DNA of 63,929 nt, counting the filler, from Octopus bimaculoides (Eukaryota): assembly GCF_001194135.2 (NCBI RefSeq). It is 7 parts of 6 records of this genome, joined end to end, with 100 filler letters (N's around TTAATTAATTAA, not from the genome) between each part and the next. Parts side by side here need not be neighbours in the genome. Positions count along the whole stretch, not along the records: positions 48,490 to 55,822 come from NC_068982.1; positions 55,923 to 62,576 come from NC_068985.1; positions 62,677 to 63,929 come from NC_068982.1; 4 more parts are not named here. One strand, 5' to 3'. The notes under the pieces are model-generated. The model made no database searches, was not told where the DNA came from, and saw only the letters and a program-made list of their open reading frames with translations. Shown piece after piece: positions 52,345 to 63,929 of this stretch (position 1 is its first letter; every line of letters starts with the position of its first letter). Position numbers and translations under genes: made by a program.

Positions 52345-52655
52345 GGGGATCATACACGTGTTGGAATGTCTCCGACCAAACCACTTATGACAAGCACCAA
52401 CCTCTTTGCTAACATCATAGCAAAAATTTTAAACTCTGTCTTTAGGAAGGTTACGAGCTGGAAATTTTCTGTAATAACCCTATTGTTGATGTTCTTTTTC
52501 ACCAGTGTTAACATACCCCGGCTCACAGAATTGAAAACTCTCTTTTGCTGCCAGTTGCAATAGATGTTTGACAAGAGATCACTGAACAAGTATAGCATAT
52601 AACCATGAAATTCATTGGACAAACCATCCAAAGCTGGTGATTTGTCGTTTACAAA
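52345..52655 (-). mobile_element. Tx1/L1-clade LINE RT N-terminal fragment
   Basis: KSPALDGLSNEF...VSRGMLTLVKK...NFQLVTFLKTEFKIFAMMLAKRL. Confidence 0.8.
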
Positions 52656-53023
52656 ACTGCTCTGTACTTTCTGTATCTCAAATAATAATTATATATTTTC
52701 AGATTTGGATGAAATATGAATGCATATCGACCGACTTAAGTTTCTTGAAAAGAAATGTGGAAAACAGAAAAATTATTTAAGTGAATAAATCTCACTAATT
52801 TTGCCGAACTGATTTTAATAGTTAACAACCTTTAATTCAGAATAACTTGTTTCTGAGATGTAAAGGGCCAATAATTGTGACGAAACAAGAAGCGGTTGAG
52901 TAAGTTTTGGTGAGGGTTAAATAAATACTTTTAACTAACTTGCAGGCCAAATCATCTGAGCCTTTCAATTTACTTTGTAAATAGTCTGCATTGTTTAATA
53001 TTAAAATGAAAAGAAAACCAAAC

Positions 53024-53114
<91 letters not shown>

Positions 53115-53298
53115 GTAGAAATGAATTACAAATGATTAGACCTGCTGCAATGAACATACACTAAATATGCATTGGTTTTAAGAAATGGATTTTAGTTTAG
53201 TGTATGCATATTTAATTATCACAACATAAAAAAAAATGCCTTTACTATTTTGCAATTCCTAATATAAATTTACATGTACGGGTCGTTGAGCGTCTTAG

Positions 53299-53410
53299 CC
53301 ATAGACATAGAATAGACATAGACATAGACATAGAATAGACATAGAATAGACATAGACATAGACATAGAATAGACATAGAATAGACATAGACATAGCCATC
53401 GACATAGAAT
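53299..53410. repeat. (ATAGAC)/(ATAGA) mixed tandem repeat
   Basis: Direct inspection. Confidence 0.85.
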
Positions 53411-53834
53411 CATTGTTGACGTGATACAAATCGTTTCCAATGTTTTAGTCATATGGAAACAGAGGTAAGGGGATGAAAGGCAGAAACGGGAATATGCTGG
53501 ATTGGAGAGCTTACAATATTCAATCTTAATTTGGGAGTTAAATTCCTGCTTGAGTCAACACTGCATTTCCTAGCCCTATCTGCCGTCAATCAACTACACA
53601 TCTCAGTGTAGCAGAAATTTAGATTTAATTGAATATACTAATGTGAGAAATGTGAGACATTTCTAACATTTGATCGTGAATTCAGTGGAAGGTGGTTATA
53701 TTTCACCCAGTATTTCAAAGAAAGACGAGATTGGAGGGCTTTGAAATCTGAATCAAAACTAAATATTGTAAGATATTTTTCTCCAAACACTCTTCTGTCA
53801 ATTGATATGAGAAAAATCAATGTTATAAGGAGAG

Positions 53835-54042
53835 ATAAGGCGGCAAAGCTGGCAGAATCTTTAGCATGCCAGGTGAAATGCTTAGCGGCGATTCGTCTAT
53901 CTTCCAAATTCTGCCGAGGTTGACTTTGCCATCCATCATTTCAAGGTTGATAAAATATGTACCAGTTGCATACTAGGGTCGATGTAATCAACTTACCCAC
54001 TGTCTCGAAACTATTGGCCCTGTGCCAAACTTTGAAATCAAT
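53835..54042 (+). mobile_element. SINE (GGCGAGCTGGCAGAA-type family)
   Basis: Homologous to 22868-23090. Confidence 0.75.
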
Positions 54043-55781
54043 ATTACAAAGAAAGATACAACTGACGAGTTTGATAGGTTTTTTTCAAACACCCAATCGT
54101 ATCCCAACACGGGCAGGTCCAAGTTGGTGGCTCAAACCAACTAATTTTATTTATGGGTCATAAATAAATGAAGATCACATTGCAAGATTCGGAGGAATTG
54201 TTTAATTTTTTTACAAATGCATTGGAAACCCTTTCCTAGACCTTCATGAATAACCATTCTCACTTCAGCTGTAAAAAACAAACTAACAAACAAATAACGA
54301 ATAACACATAACAAGGAAATTACTATATTATCTTTTCATGAGAAATAAAAGAATAAAGTTCTGTTTCTGTAGCTTAAGGACCAATAGATCTCAAGATAAG
54401 ACATTATCTCAGAAAAATTGCTCATCACTATTCTCCAGTTATATAAATCAAAGAACTAAACCTTAGGAAGATACGAAGCTCATAAACAACCAGTAATCCA
54501 GGACATAATCTACAGCATGAAAATTACAAAATTAAATAAATTATAACAAAAAAAAAACAAAAAACCTCAACTATTTTCTTCATGGATTTTCACACTAAGA
54601 GAATATTTGTGTTTTAGTATAATTTTTTCTTTGCACTGATAAATTTACCTTTGAATATTCTTGTTATATATTTGTAAAATCTTTCTATTTTGTTGATAAA
54701 ATACTAATTAAAAATGAAGAAATTATAATTGATGAAATATTAAAACTTACAAGAATTTGATAACTTATGGCAGTATTTTATTTTTGTGAATAAAATTTCT
54801 AATTACATTTTACATTTCTGTTTTCCCTTCAAATTTCACTGATTCATCAACGTATCTGAAAAGCGATTATTAATATTTCATAAATCTGTAAAAATTAATC
54901 TAAAATAATTTTTAAAACTGTCAAGGGCTATTTGTTCCAACATATAACCAGGCTATGTTACAATATTCAGTTCTGAAGCAAATTAGTGCAACATTTGGCT
55001 TTTACTGTTATCCATTTATTTCTAATAAAAGGTTTCACTTATTAATGGAAACAAACTGCTGAATACCACAGACTTGCAGGAAGTTTTGTAAACTGTTGCT
55101 CGATCACTTTTGTTTCTCTTCACCTTTCTACAAAACTGACAGTATTGCTATTGACACTTCAAGAGAGAGACAGAATGATAAAAAAAACTTGTACTCGTAG
55201 AAATTGTTCAAAATAACTCAGTAACCTGCTTTTTTCGGATGTTATTTTTCTTGGTATCCAATAATTGGCATCCTGTGACTGCTATTATTTAAACACTGCA
55301 GAATGAACATGTCGATTCGACACAAAATTCACTTATGTAGCATGAAGTGCGCAAAATATCGATAACCAATTACCTCCCCTTAGATTATTCTACTTGTTGA
55401 ATCATTCACTCATAAATTTCACACACAACACGAACCAAAAAATTTAAGATAATACGTATTTAAATAAATTTTCATGTCATGAATAGCAAAAGCGAAACCG
55501 GTCAACAAACACAACACAAGATATATTAAAACTATGTAAAGTGTGTGCATTTTCCTTCTTTAATTTCTTAATAATATTACAATTCACCATGGGGAGATAA
55601 TCAAAATACCTCCTTTTCTGTTACTATATGCACAAACACACACATATACACACGCACACACACACATATATATGCACACAAGTAGAGACACGTATATGCA
55701 TGAATATACATGTTTATATGCATACACACACATATGTATACACATATATACACATATCTATGTAATGTATATATATGTATG

Positions 55782-55822
<41 letters not shown>

Positions 55823-57270
55823 NNNNNNNNNNNNNNNNNNNNNNNNNNNNNNNNNNNNNNNNNNNNTTAATTAATTAANNNNNNNNNNNNNNNNNNNNNN
55901 NNNNNNNNNNNNNNNNNNNNNNGTGTGTGATTATATGCATATGTGTGTGTATACATGTGTATGTATGTATGTATACCTATGTATATATGTATGTATGTAT
56001 GTATCTATGTGTGTGTATTTATATATATATACATGCATGTATATATATGTATGTGTGTACGTGTACATATATATATTTGTATATATATACATATGTATAT
56101 ATATATATACATGTATATACATATAAAAATATATATAACACAATTATATGTTATATGTAATTATAATTATACATATATACATATAATTATACATGCACAC
56201 ATATATACGTATATACATATGCATATACATACACATATTTATATGTATGTGCGTGTATGCATGTATATGCATATATATATATATAGTATGTATAAAAGCA
56301 GTATGTATGTGTATAATGACTAGCGCAAACATTTCCACAATTCTCAACTGATTTTCACCAAACTTTACGCATACATTACTTATGTCCCGAGGATTGTCGT
56401 GCACTGTAACATTTTGCCCAGAGCTCCCACGTAAATGGGCGTAAATGGACATAGTCTTTCGTATGTAGGGTTTTCCATACATTTTCATCTTTTTATAAAA
56501 GTGAAAGGATTTTGTCTATTCATTTATTTCTACTATCCACCTATATAAATCACAGTATGTCAAAGAGTAGTACAACGGTTTTGCTATGGAATGGTGAAAC
56601 TATTTTTTCGTTTTCTTAAGACACTTTTGCATAATAGCAACGATATATGTAACAGAAGTTAACGTTAATCCGTTAACGTTAACCTTAATTGAAAAAAAAG
56701 GCATAACTACAGTTTAATATCCCACCAATTTTGTTGCCTCATAACTTCCAGAAAGAGGGATACATTTTAACGAAACTTTCACCAAATAATCGCTTATATC
56801 CTGTAGGTTGAGTGTATGTAAAAATTTGTTGTGAAATGCTGTCATTTTGAATTTGCTGCAGAAAGTGGTTTATGTTTGTGGAATGTGGCCCGGGTGCCAA
56901 GGGGGTAGCAGCCTTTAAAAGTTTGGGAACCACTGCACTAGAATAATAGGAAAGAGGAGAAAGGGAACTGCTCATGGGTTGAGGAAAGCAATAGAAAAAG
57001 CTTTTTACTGTTCATAGAGCAAGAGAAAGGAGCTAAGATGAAAACCAGAAGAAGGGAAGTGATTTGGCCACTGACGAATGTTAACGTGAGGATGTTACTG
57101 CTCGGGTCGAAACATCCTCTTGAACGTTGGACACCGTCCGACGATATCAACACCTTATCGTCAAAGCTACATTAATCAAAAATGAACGAAACGAGTACTA
57201 TCTTGTTTTAGACACACACACACACACATAGAAACACACATTCACATACACGCACAAACATACACACATA

Positions 57271-57307
<37 letters not shown>

Positions 57308-58854
57308 CAACACAAATCCTTTAACGGTGGAGAAACTCGCAGCCCATAATTTCATTGTTGAAAAGGGATAGGACATATAAAGAGAGGAAATTCAACCAAC
57401 ACTACCAGATGAAACGAGAAAAGTGGTACATTTGTCTGTGAACGTATAATCTGTGTATAGTAATTCTAGTTTCGGAAACCAATGGCTGTAATTCTCTTCT
57501 TTGTTGCTAACATGACATTTAGTATTACATCCAGCTAACATCTATAAAAGTACTTGTATTTTTCTAATAAATTGCCTATATAGTTGATATTTCTGTCATG
57601 AACCCCCCCCCCCCCACCTTAAATGAAGTATAGAGAAATCAATTAAAGCCAACAGACTTTAATGAAAATAAAGACTTCTCATAAGCCCCCTACCCCACCT
57701 CCCGAAAATATCGTGTTAGTATCGTACTATTACCTTTCTCGATGAATATAGAATTTCGGTGATGTAGAATTCCTCTTCCTCCTCCTCCTTGCACCCTTCT
57801 CTTTTACAAGAACTACCAGCCAAATAGTTTCTTATGGAAAGTGAATGTTATAAATTGTTAATGCAAATCCGTACTTAATGGCTTTATTAGTTTATATATC
57901 TTGTAAAAATTATTTATAGATGCTCGCAATATATTTTTTTAACTACACATACAGACATGCAGTCAAACAGACAGACAGACACACACACATACACACGCAC
58001 ACTCAGTACATATACATACACACAACGAATCGCTTCTTTGATTCTTGCCCAAGATTCGAAACTGAATCTACATTTTTCTACACGTTACTTTCGTATTGTT
58101 CTCGACTTTTGCACTTAGAAGTTTATGAAGGTTAACTGCCACAGTTGAGTTCTATTGTTTAAGTTAAAATTATTAGATTAAATACAGTTCGAGAGAGATA
58201 AACGCATCATTTTCCATTGTTCTCTGACCTACATCGAGCTTTTCAACATATATAGATACAGTAATCAAATTCAGTTCATCCTTCTTTCTTTTGGCCGATG
58301 GAGGAATCACTTTATGCGAGGAACTACACAACTCTTACCCTCTCTACTTGTCTAGACTTTCTCTCCTTATCCCATCAGTCCTCTAGCCGTCAACAAAAGA
58401 TGAATTTAACATACTATAGAATGGACATCAATATTGGAAATACTCATTGTTCTACAAACCGAAGAAGTTGTATCTAACACTGTAGCGATGAAAATAAAGG
58501 GCCATATCACCCAACTTATTAATCATTTTCTTCCTCTCATTTTAATTGCTACATACCATCGTTAAAGATGGTTGTATATCATTCTATCAATAAAAGAACA
58601 TACACTATCTTGACCTTATTTTTCTTATTAATTAGATATTACTTAAATAGTTCATCAATTAGTTTTTTTAAAAGTCTTTCGTCACACTACTGGGAACTTT
58701 TCACTGACTTCCTTTCATCGCACTAACTCTGTACTAGTACTGCTACTATAAAGTTTCTTTTCCTGTCTTAAATTTATTCGTGTTGTGCATGTAATTTGAT
58801 TTGGGCGATGGCAGTGTGTTTGTTTTTGTATCATATGGCACTGAGTGTCTATGT

Positions 58855-58924
<70 letters not shown>

Positions 58925-59130
58925 GAATGGATGTATGTGTGTATGTGCACGCGCGTGCTATACATAAATAACTCGCTCGCCAATAAACCAGACAGACATT
59001 AGCAATAATAAATGGCTGATGAGTGTAAAAATAAGACAGAAAACTAACCTCAAAGTACAAATAGCAGAACATAATGTAATGCTGTGTAATATTGCAGTAG
59101 AGTAGAACTGATTAACTAGCGACACACACG

Positions 59131-59182
<52 letters not shown>

Positions 59183-59365
59183 CTTCTGTTGTATGTATGT
59201 ATGTATTTGTATGTGCGTAAAGGCATATGTGCATGTGTGTATTTATTATTTTATTCATAATACAATGTGTGTTGAGCAATCTGAAATTTTCGATGTAGAA
59301 ATAGCTAGAATTCTTAAATATTAAGCGTCGCTGCGAAAACAAATGTAAACGGATATATATATATA

Positions 59366-60577
59366 CAGGGTGCATAAGGTATTTGAGGACATAATTTTCC
59401 TGGGTCATTGATGCATTTTTTGCTAACTCTGTATAATCTTTGTTTCAGAAAATAATAATAGCAGCCCCTCAGCTTACTCAAGAAATGAAGAGGCATGCTG
59501 TTATTGTGGTTATAAAGGCTGAGCATTGTGATTGAGAAATATCGCGAGTTTTAAAAGTTGCCAGATCTTTCGTCTACAAGGTTTGTAAGGAGCTAGAGAC
59601 TGAAGATGGAAACCTGTCACTCGTATCAAAGCATAAAAAGAATTCTAAACGTTCTGAAATCATCAGAACACCTGAATTTATCCAGCAAGTTCAACAGACC
59701 ATTGATTACAATCTCAGAAAGTCCATGAGATCAATTGCAAAAGATCTCCATGTGTCAGAAGGAACAGTTAGAAATGTTGTCCACGAAGACATCAGATATA
59801 AGTCTTATATGATGAGGAAAGGCCAATTTGTCAGAAAAAGCAAAAGAAAATCACTACATCAGATCTAAAAGCCTCTTAAACAAACTGAAAATTCCAACAG
59901 AAGGTTTGATTTGGTTTTTCTCAAACGAGAAAAACTTCTACCAAGATCAAAAAGTTAACAGAAGAAATGACAGATGGTTATGTGCAGACCCTTTTGAAGT
60001 TCCAAGTGTTATGGTTTTAGGGGTTGTCAGCAATGAAGGACATGTGATGCCTCCTTACTTCTTTCTACAAGGAGTTAACTCTGCCGCCTATATTGAAATA
60101 ATTGTTAAGCCCTGGATAGACAGTGTATGCAATGGAAGGCCATATGTGTTTCAGTAAAACTCTGCACTATTACTCATGGCTCTAGTAATACAGGAATGGA
60201 TGGCTGAAAATTTTCATCATCACATAATCCCTAACATTTGGTCTCCTAATTCCCCAGATCTCAATCCATTGGGCTATTACCTGTGGAGCGTTGTTGAGAG
60301 AGAGAGAGAGAGAGGGGTCATTGAACACACCCATAACACCAAAAATTCTATGAAAGCTGCCATAGTCAGAGTAATGTCCAAAATGAACCAGGACCACTTG
60401 ATTCGAGCATGTAGATGATTTAGATCTCATATAGAAGCAGTTGCTGAAGCTGAATGTGGCTTTATTGAATAACATTATGGAAAAGGTTTATTTTTATCCT
60501 CATGACATTTTTTGATAAATAAAGTTATCTGTTGTTTTATAAATATACATCTGTCCTCAAATATCTTACGCACCCTG
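59366..60577 (+). mobile_element. Near full-length DD37D (maT-like) Tc1/mariner transposon, inactive
   Basis: 26-bp TIRs at 59366-59391 and 60552-60577 (24/26 identical), TA on both sides; WFFSNEK, FQ*NSA, WSPNSPDLNPLGY. Confidence 0.92.
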
Positions 60578-60599
60578 TATATATATATATATATATATC

Positions 60600-60645
<46 letters not shown>

Positions 60646-61691
60646 ACGAACACGTGTTCTCTTAACGTAATTCTCAGGGAGATTCAGCGTGACACAGAGT
60701 GTGACATGGCTGGCCTTTTGAAATACAGGTACTCCTNNNNNNNNNNNNNNNNNNNNNNNNNNNNNNNNNNNNNNNNNNNNNNNNNNNNNNNNNNNNNNNN
60801 NNNNNNNNNNNNNNNNNNNNNNNNNNNNNNNNNNNNNNNNNNNNNNNNNNNNNNNNNNNNNNNNNNNNNNNNNNNNNNNNNNNNNNNNNNNNNNNNNNNN
60901 NNNNNNNNNNNNNNNNNNNNNNNNNNNNNNNNNNNNNNNNNNNNNNNNNNNNNNNNNNNNNNNNNNNNNNNNNNNNNNNNNNNNNNNNNNNNNNNNNNNN
61001 NNNNNNNNNNNNNNNNNNNNNNNNNNNNNNNNNNNNNNNNNNNNNNNNNNNNNNNNNNNNNNNNNNNNNNNNNNNNNNNNNNNNNNNNNNNNNNNNNNNN
61101 NNNNNNNNNNNNNNNNNNNNNNNNNNNNNNNNNNNNNNNNNNNNNNNNNNNNNNNNNNNNNNNNNNNNNNNNNNNNNNNNNNNNNNNNNNNNNNNNNNNN
61201 NNNNNNNNNNNNNNNNNNNNNNNNNNNNNNNNNNNNNNNNNNNNNNNNNNNNNNNNNNNNNNNNNNNNNNNNNNNNNNNNNNNNNNNNNNNNNNNNNNNN
61301 NNNNNNNNNNNNNNNNNNNNNNNNNNNNNNNNNNNNNNNNNNNNNNNNNNNNNNNNNNNNNNNNNNNNNNNNNNNNNNNNNNNNNNNNNNNNNNNNNNNN
61401 NNNNNNNNNNNNNNNNNNNNNNNNNNNNNNNNNNNNNNNNNNNNNNNNNNNNNNNNNNNNNNNNNNNNNNNNNNNNNNNNNNNNNNNNNNNNNNNNNNNN
61501 NNNNNNNNNNNNNNNNNNNNNNNNNNNNNNNNNNNNNNNNNNNNNNNNNNNNNNNNNNNNNNNNNNNNNNNNNNNNNNNNNNNNNNNNNNNNNNNNNNNN
61601 NNNNNNNNNNNNNNNNNNNNNNNNNNNNNNNNNNNNNNNNNNNNNNNNNNNNNNNNNNNNNNNNNNNNNNNNNNNNNNNNNTATATATATA

Positions 61692-62576
61692 TTGGGTCAT
61701 CCCATAAATAATGCATTTTTAATACTTTTATTTTTCAAAATTAAGATAAAGAAAGTTCTTTTTTATTCCAAAATATACTCTCCTTCATTTTCTACAATGC
61801 TCTTCCATCTATCTGGTAGACTTGCAAGACTCCTCTTCCAAAATTTACTTTTCCGTGACGAAAAGTACTGTTCTGACCTCGTCTACAGAATTCATATTTT
61901 TTCCGTCCAAATGATTTTGAAGATTGCGGAATGAATGATAATCAGATGGGGCAATGTCTGGAGAATATGGTGGATGGGGCATCGCTTCCCATTCAAACTG
62001 CTCCGGTGTTTGGAATGTCATCTCGCTGTATGTGGTCGAGTATTATCCTGATAGAGGAACACCTTTCGTCTTGAAACCAAAGATAGTCGTTTTTCTTCTA
62101 GTGCTGACATGAATGACAGTTTGAATGATCAAATCCAAGCCTCTCTGCTAGTTCCTCAACAGTTACGATGGGATTTTGTCCCATCAGGGTTTGCAGAACG
62201 TCCTCGGCAAGCTCTACAGATCTTCCAGGTCGAGGCTCGTGTTCTAGGCTGTAATTTCTGGCTCGGAATATCTGAAACCACCGTTGAAACTGGCTTACGC
62301 CTATTGTCCAATCCCCATATACTGCATTAATATTCCTCGCACTTTCCGTTGCGTTATTGCCTTCATTGAACTCAGAAAGCAAAATATGCTCCTTTGTCAC
62401 TTCCATTATAGCTTTGAAAAAATAACTGTTAAAATTGAACTGCACTCTTCAGAACTTGCACTAAGAATAAGGCCAAGGTAAAATTACTACCTGCTTTCAT
62501 AGCAAGTTGATGCAGGTAATTTATCTCGTCCCCCTCCGACTTTTAGTCCATGCAATTGAAAAAACTGCATTATTTA
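61692..62576 (-). mobile_element. Internally deleted mariner element
   Basis: HTH region NATESARNI...QRWFQIFR; HPPYSPDIAPSDYH; TIR TTGGGTCATCCCATAAATAATGC with partial partner cut by the spacer. Confidence 0.88.
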
Positions 62577-62754
62577 NNNNNNNNNNNNNNNNNNNNNNNN
62601 NNNNNNNNNNNNNNNNNNNNTTAATTAATTAANNNNNNNNNNNNNNNNNNNNNNNNNNNNNNNNNNNNNNNNNNNNGTACTTTTCATCTATAAAATAAAA
62701 TAAAAATAGAAAATTACATTGGATTTGATAAGTAATGAGCATATAATAATAACA

Positions 62755-62820
<66 letters not shown>

Positions 62821-62821
62821 G

Positions 62822-62886
<65 letters not shown>

Positions 62887-62888
<2 letters not shown>

Positions 62889-63089
62889 CACCAGGACTTA
62901 CAAATATATATAACATACAGAAAATTGCACTACTGGGCACTGCACACATGCAAAACACTTTCAATACAGTAACCATAAGAGCATCACAGCATACCACAGC
63001 ACATACCCAAGGCACACAGAGCTGCGCTCGGTAGTGAAGTGAAAGCACGCTATAAAAATAAAACTATTGAATAATAATAATGATAATAA
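62887..63089 (+). mobile_element. R4/Dong-clade element, extreme 3' end, within (TAA)n
   Basis: IYNIQKIALLGTAH C-terminal motif, short 3' UTR, (TAA)n on both sides. Confidence 0.75.
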
Positions 63090-63374
63090 CGGACTCTCCT
63101 GTCGAAGATGACGTATGAAAGTTAAGCTTTTGTTGAACGAGCTGCAAATTATTTGTTTATAGTGATCAAATGTTCGTGCTGCACATTAGCTCACCTTCCC
63201 CATCAAATTGACGTCTGAGCAGGTGCAGTGTGTGCCATACATCAGGTGTTGAAGTGATCACAGAACAACGTGATGCTTAAGAATACAATGCACCACCTGG
63301 TCTAGGAGTTGAAATCACAATCTAGTGACTGTGAGTGAAACACCCTAACCACTAGGCTATGCACCCTCTCATTA

Positions 63375-63725
63375 AGAATAATCCTTTCTGCTAAATCAGT
63401 AATTCCAAACTTTTTCACTACCAAGGACCCCTTTTATTTAAATGAGCTTTCCCATGGACCCCTAGTACTATCTTTGTAGACTACTAGGGGTCTGTTGACC
63501 ACAGGTTGAGAACCACTGTACTAAATGCACAAGGCCTGACATTTTGGGGGAGGGGACTTGTCGATTACATTGACCCAGTGTTTCACTGGTATCTAATTTA
63601 TTGAAGTCGAAAGGATAAAAGGCAAAGTCAACCTTGGCAGAATTTGAACTCAGAATGTAGCGATGGGTGAATTATCACTAAGGATTTCGTCCAGTGTGCT
63701 AATGATTCTGTCAGCTTGCCGCCTT
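63375..63725 (-). mobile_element. SINE interrupted by a hAT MITE
   Basis: Reverse complement of the GGCGAGCTGGCAGAA family; tail split at 63397-63518. Confidence 0.75.
63397..63518. mobile_element. hAT-type MITE
   Basis: CAGTAATTCCAAAC...GGTTGAGAACCACTG termini; 8-bp TSD TGCTAAAT/TACTAAAT (7/8). Confidence 0.75.
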
Positions 63726-63737
63726 AATAATAATAAG

Positions 63738-63830
<93 letters not shown>

Positions 63831-63833
<3 letters not shown>

Positions 63834-63929
63834 GCCATCCCCATTAGAAGAGGAATATTCCAGGGAGACACGCTCTCTCCACTCCTGTTCTGCCTGGCAC
63901 TCACACCTTTAACAGAATTGCTAAATAGA
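63831..63929 (+). mobile_element. 5'-truncated R4/Dong-like non-LTR element (RT domain), running off the window
   Basis: KAIPIRRGIFQGDTLSPLLFCLAL, directly after (TAA)n at 63724-63830. Confidence 0.8.

Noticed and set aside
57071-57165. CTGACGA...GAAA with GAGGATGTT/AACATCCTC and GACGATA/TATCGTC hairpins
   Set aside because: Pairings are incompatible with hammerhead topology; at most a scrambled remnant
59600-59618. CTGAAGA-TG-GAAAC-CT-GTC hammerhead-like string
   Set aside because: Lies within transposase codons and lacks stem II; shows such cores arise by chance
60475-61716. ORFs of 338-413 aa
   Set aside because: Almost entirely X from an assembly gap

Overview
Repeat-dense, AT-rich eukaryotic DNA with no intact cellular gene I can support. 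The SINE types, microsatellite load and TE mix point to a cephalopod, probably Octopus; this is inference. Six artificial 100-nt spacers (N44-TTAATTAATTAA-N44) divide the window into seven segments that may not be neighbours in the genome. Recognisable content: about 20 tRNA-derived SINEs or SINE fragments; fragments of RTE, L2/Crack-like, Tx1/L1 and R4/Dong non-LTR elements; two Gypsy remnants; a Penelope-like element (PLE) with inverted ends; Tc1 (DD36E spacing), DD37D and mariner transposons; a hAT MITE; and many simple repeats. The main unexplained signal is a dispersed set of about a dozen hammerhead-ribozyme-like motifs. Two have intact cores and GUA cleavage triplets (41118-41215 on +, 46816-46859 on -), and one remnant lies in the PLE's own 3' end. 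Most have palindromic stem III, several share a non-canonical extra A before GAAA, and two are preceded by short inverted duplications. Also notable are R4/Dong fragments sitting in (TAA)n arrays and an unidentified decayed coding-like tract of about 2.9 kb at 49000-51900. All structures and translations were read by eye.
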